From assembly GCA_040901675.1 (NCBI GenBank), contig JBBDYJ010000035.1:64001-128000 (forward strand): DNA of 64,000 bases. Reading direction: 5' to 3'. The translations under genes were made by a program, and so were the position numbers. The DNA comes from Pirellulales bacterium. GTDB lineage: Bacteria; Planctomycetota; Planctomycetia; Pirellulales; JAICIG01. The notes under the pieces are model-generated. The model had not been told where the DNA came from. It saw nothing but the letters and a program-made list of their open reading frames with translations, and made no database searches. This document shows, piece by piece, positions 63,901 to 64,000 of the stretch. Every line of letters starts with the position of its first letter. The stretch's first letter is position 1.

Positions 63901-64000
63901 CGGCCGATCCTGATGACCACCGTGTCGTTCGTGGCGGGCATGCTCCCCTTGCTGATCGGCGTGGGACCAGGCGCCGAAGAACGCCGCTCGATCGCGGTGC
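60922..64000 (+). CDS. RND efflux permease (AcrB/SwrC-like), truncated by window edge
   Basis: TTG start MQWLARICVGRPVFA, VGVVIDDAIVVLENI, GVVKK, RLRPILMTT in frame; missing from the ORF track because it has no stop in the window. Confidence 0.92.
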   Translation, partial: MQWLARICVGRPVFAVMLVMAFVVAGAASYGELGVDRFPDMDMPTVMVRTVYVGAAPEEVESEITQVLEDAVATVEGIDELRSISGEGTSFLLLTFNLDRQIDAATQDVRDAVGSVLNLLPPDTDPPVIRKRDLDSSPIMSLAVSGQRTSRELYLLAERYVKNVIESAHGVGEVSIAGAADRAVQVDIESRRLAAYQLSIMQVRDALARQNTEVPGGRVDAGIRELNLRTLGRLDHTREFADLVVATTEGASVRLRDLGEVTDGSKEVRTLARLDGTPAVVLEVQRQSGANTVEVIEAVKERLGRSRELLPAGVEVDVIQDQSRYINAAMDEVQKHLISGSILASLVVLLFMRSWRSMLIASIAIPASIISTFAAMRALDFTLNNMTMLALVLMVGVVIDDAIVVLENIFRCIEEKGMPPVQAAIEGTREIGLAVLATTLSLVIVFLPVSFLSSVTGRMLYQFGMTATVAIMISLLVSFTLTPMMCSRMLRVGHQAGKGPASRRGFYHWLEAGYMVCLKWSMRHRWIVCAVALMVIAANVPLYQWVMQDYLPTNVDESEFEISIEAPEGASLASMDQTMQAVEEQLRSMPGVVHLLAVVGSRGIARVNRANVYVRLDDIEQRTFSLGRLVRATLAGRPQAAWRGNYSQRDKMQQVRDRLAQFSELRVAVRNLTSLRQGAPVDIDFSITGPNVLVLAQFSDQLREKVSRIPGIVDADTTMRLDKPELRVEIDRERAAALGVEVQEIAETLRVAVGGDDRVSRFHDALINDAFDVELRLVGIDRSNRDAISQLYVRARPMQSTRVRGAPTPSGAEPPAGLTRLDNVVRFHYGESAPRIDRLDRQRMVAVRTNIAPGYALADRIQAVHQAAEELGVPAGCSTRVLGRGRELERTLADFAWTFAMSFIFMYIVLAAQFEHLVHPLTIMISLPMAVPFGLISLWLGGESLNLFSAMGILVLFGVVKKASILQVDHTNQLRAAGMDRLPAILQANRDRLRPILMTTVSFVAGMLPLLIGVGPGAEERRSIAV

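Overview
High-GC bacterial DNA, almost certainly a planctomycete (Pirellulales-like). The evidence is a 'GFERLENRRMLA' secretion leader, a fused double UvrA, PQQ/WD40 propeller proteins, a Tat-exported Gfo/Idh/MocA protein and STRR/REP repeats. The left ~28 kb is a patchwork of accessory genes: SDR, GH63, YciI/VOC, an FhlA-like sigma54 activator, serine hydrolase, P450, WD40-ankyrin, CapA, an adhesin and an RND pump with a sigma54 promoter. It carries several deletion scars. The right ~36 kb holds a coupled nitrilase/hydrolase/flavoprotein/radical SAM/metallophosphoesterase operon (possible organoarsenical pathway), a sigma28-type ExeA/kinase-like operon, a dynamin-like GTPase, uvrA, decayed TA modules, a 1092-aa unknown protein with nested repeats, speA and a second RND pump. 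The most striking unexplained structure is in the right half: 7/8/9-mer tandem repeats and a GTGG-footed REP palindrome that sit next to duplicated gene 3' ends (speA, exeA-like) and are translated in frame inside UvrA. No rRNA, tRNA, CRISPR array or intact transposase/integrase was found. All family assignments come from motif recognition by eye, not database searches.
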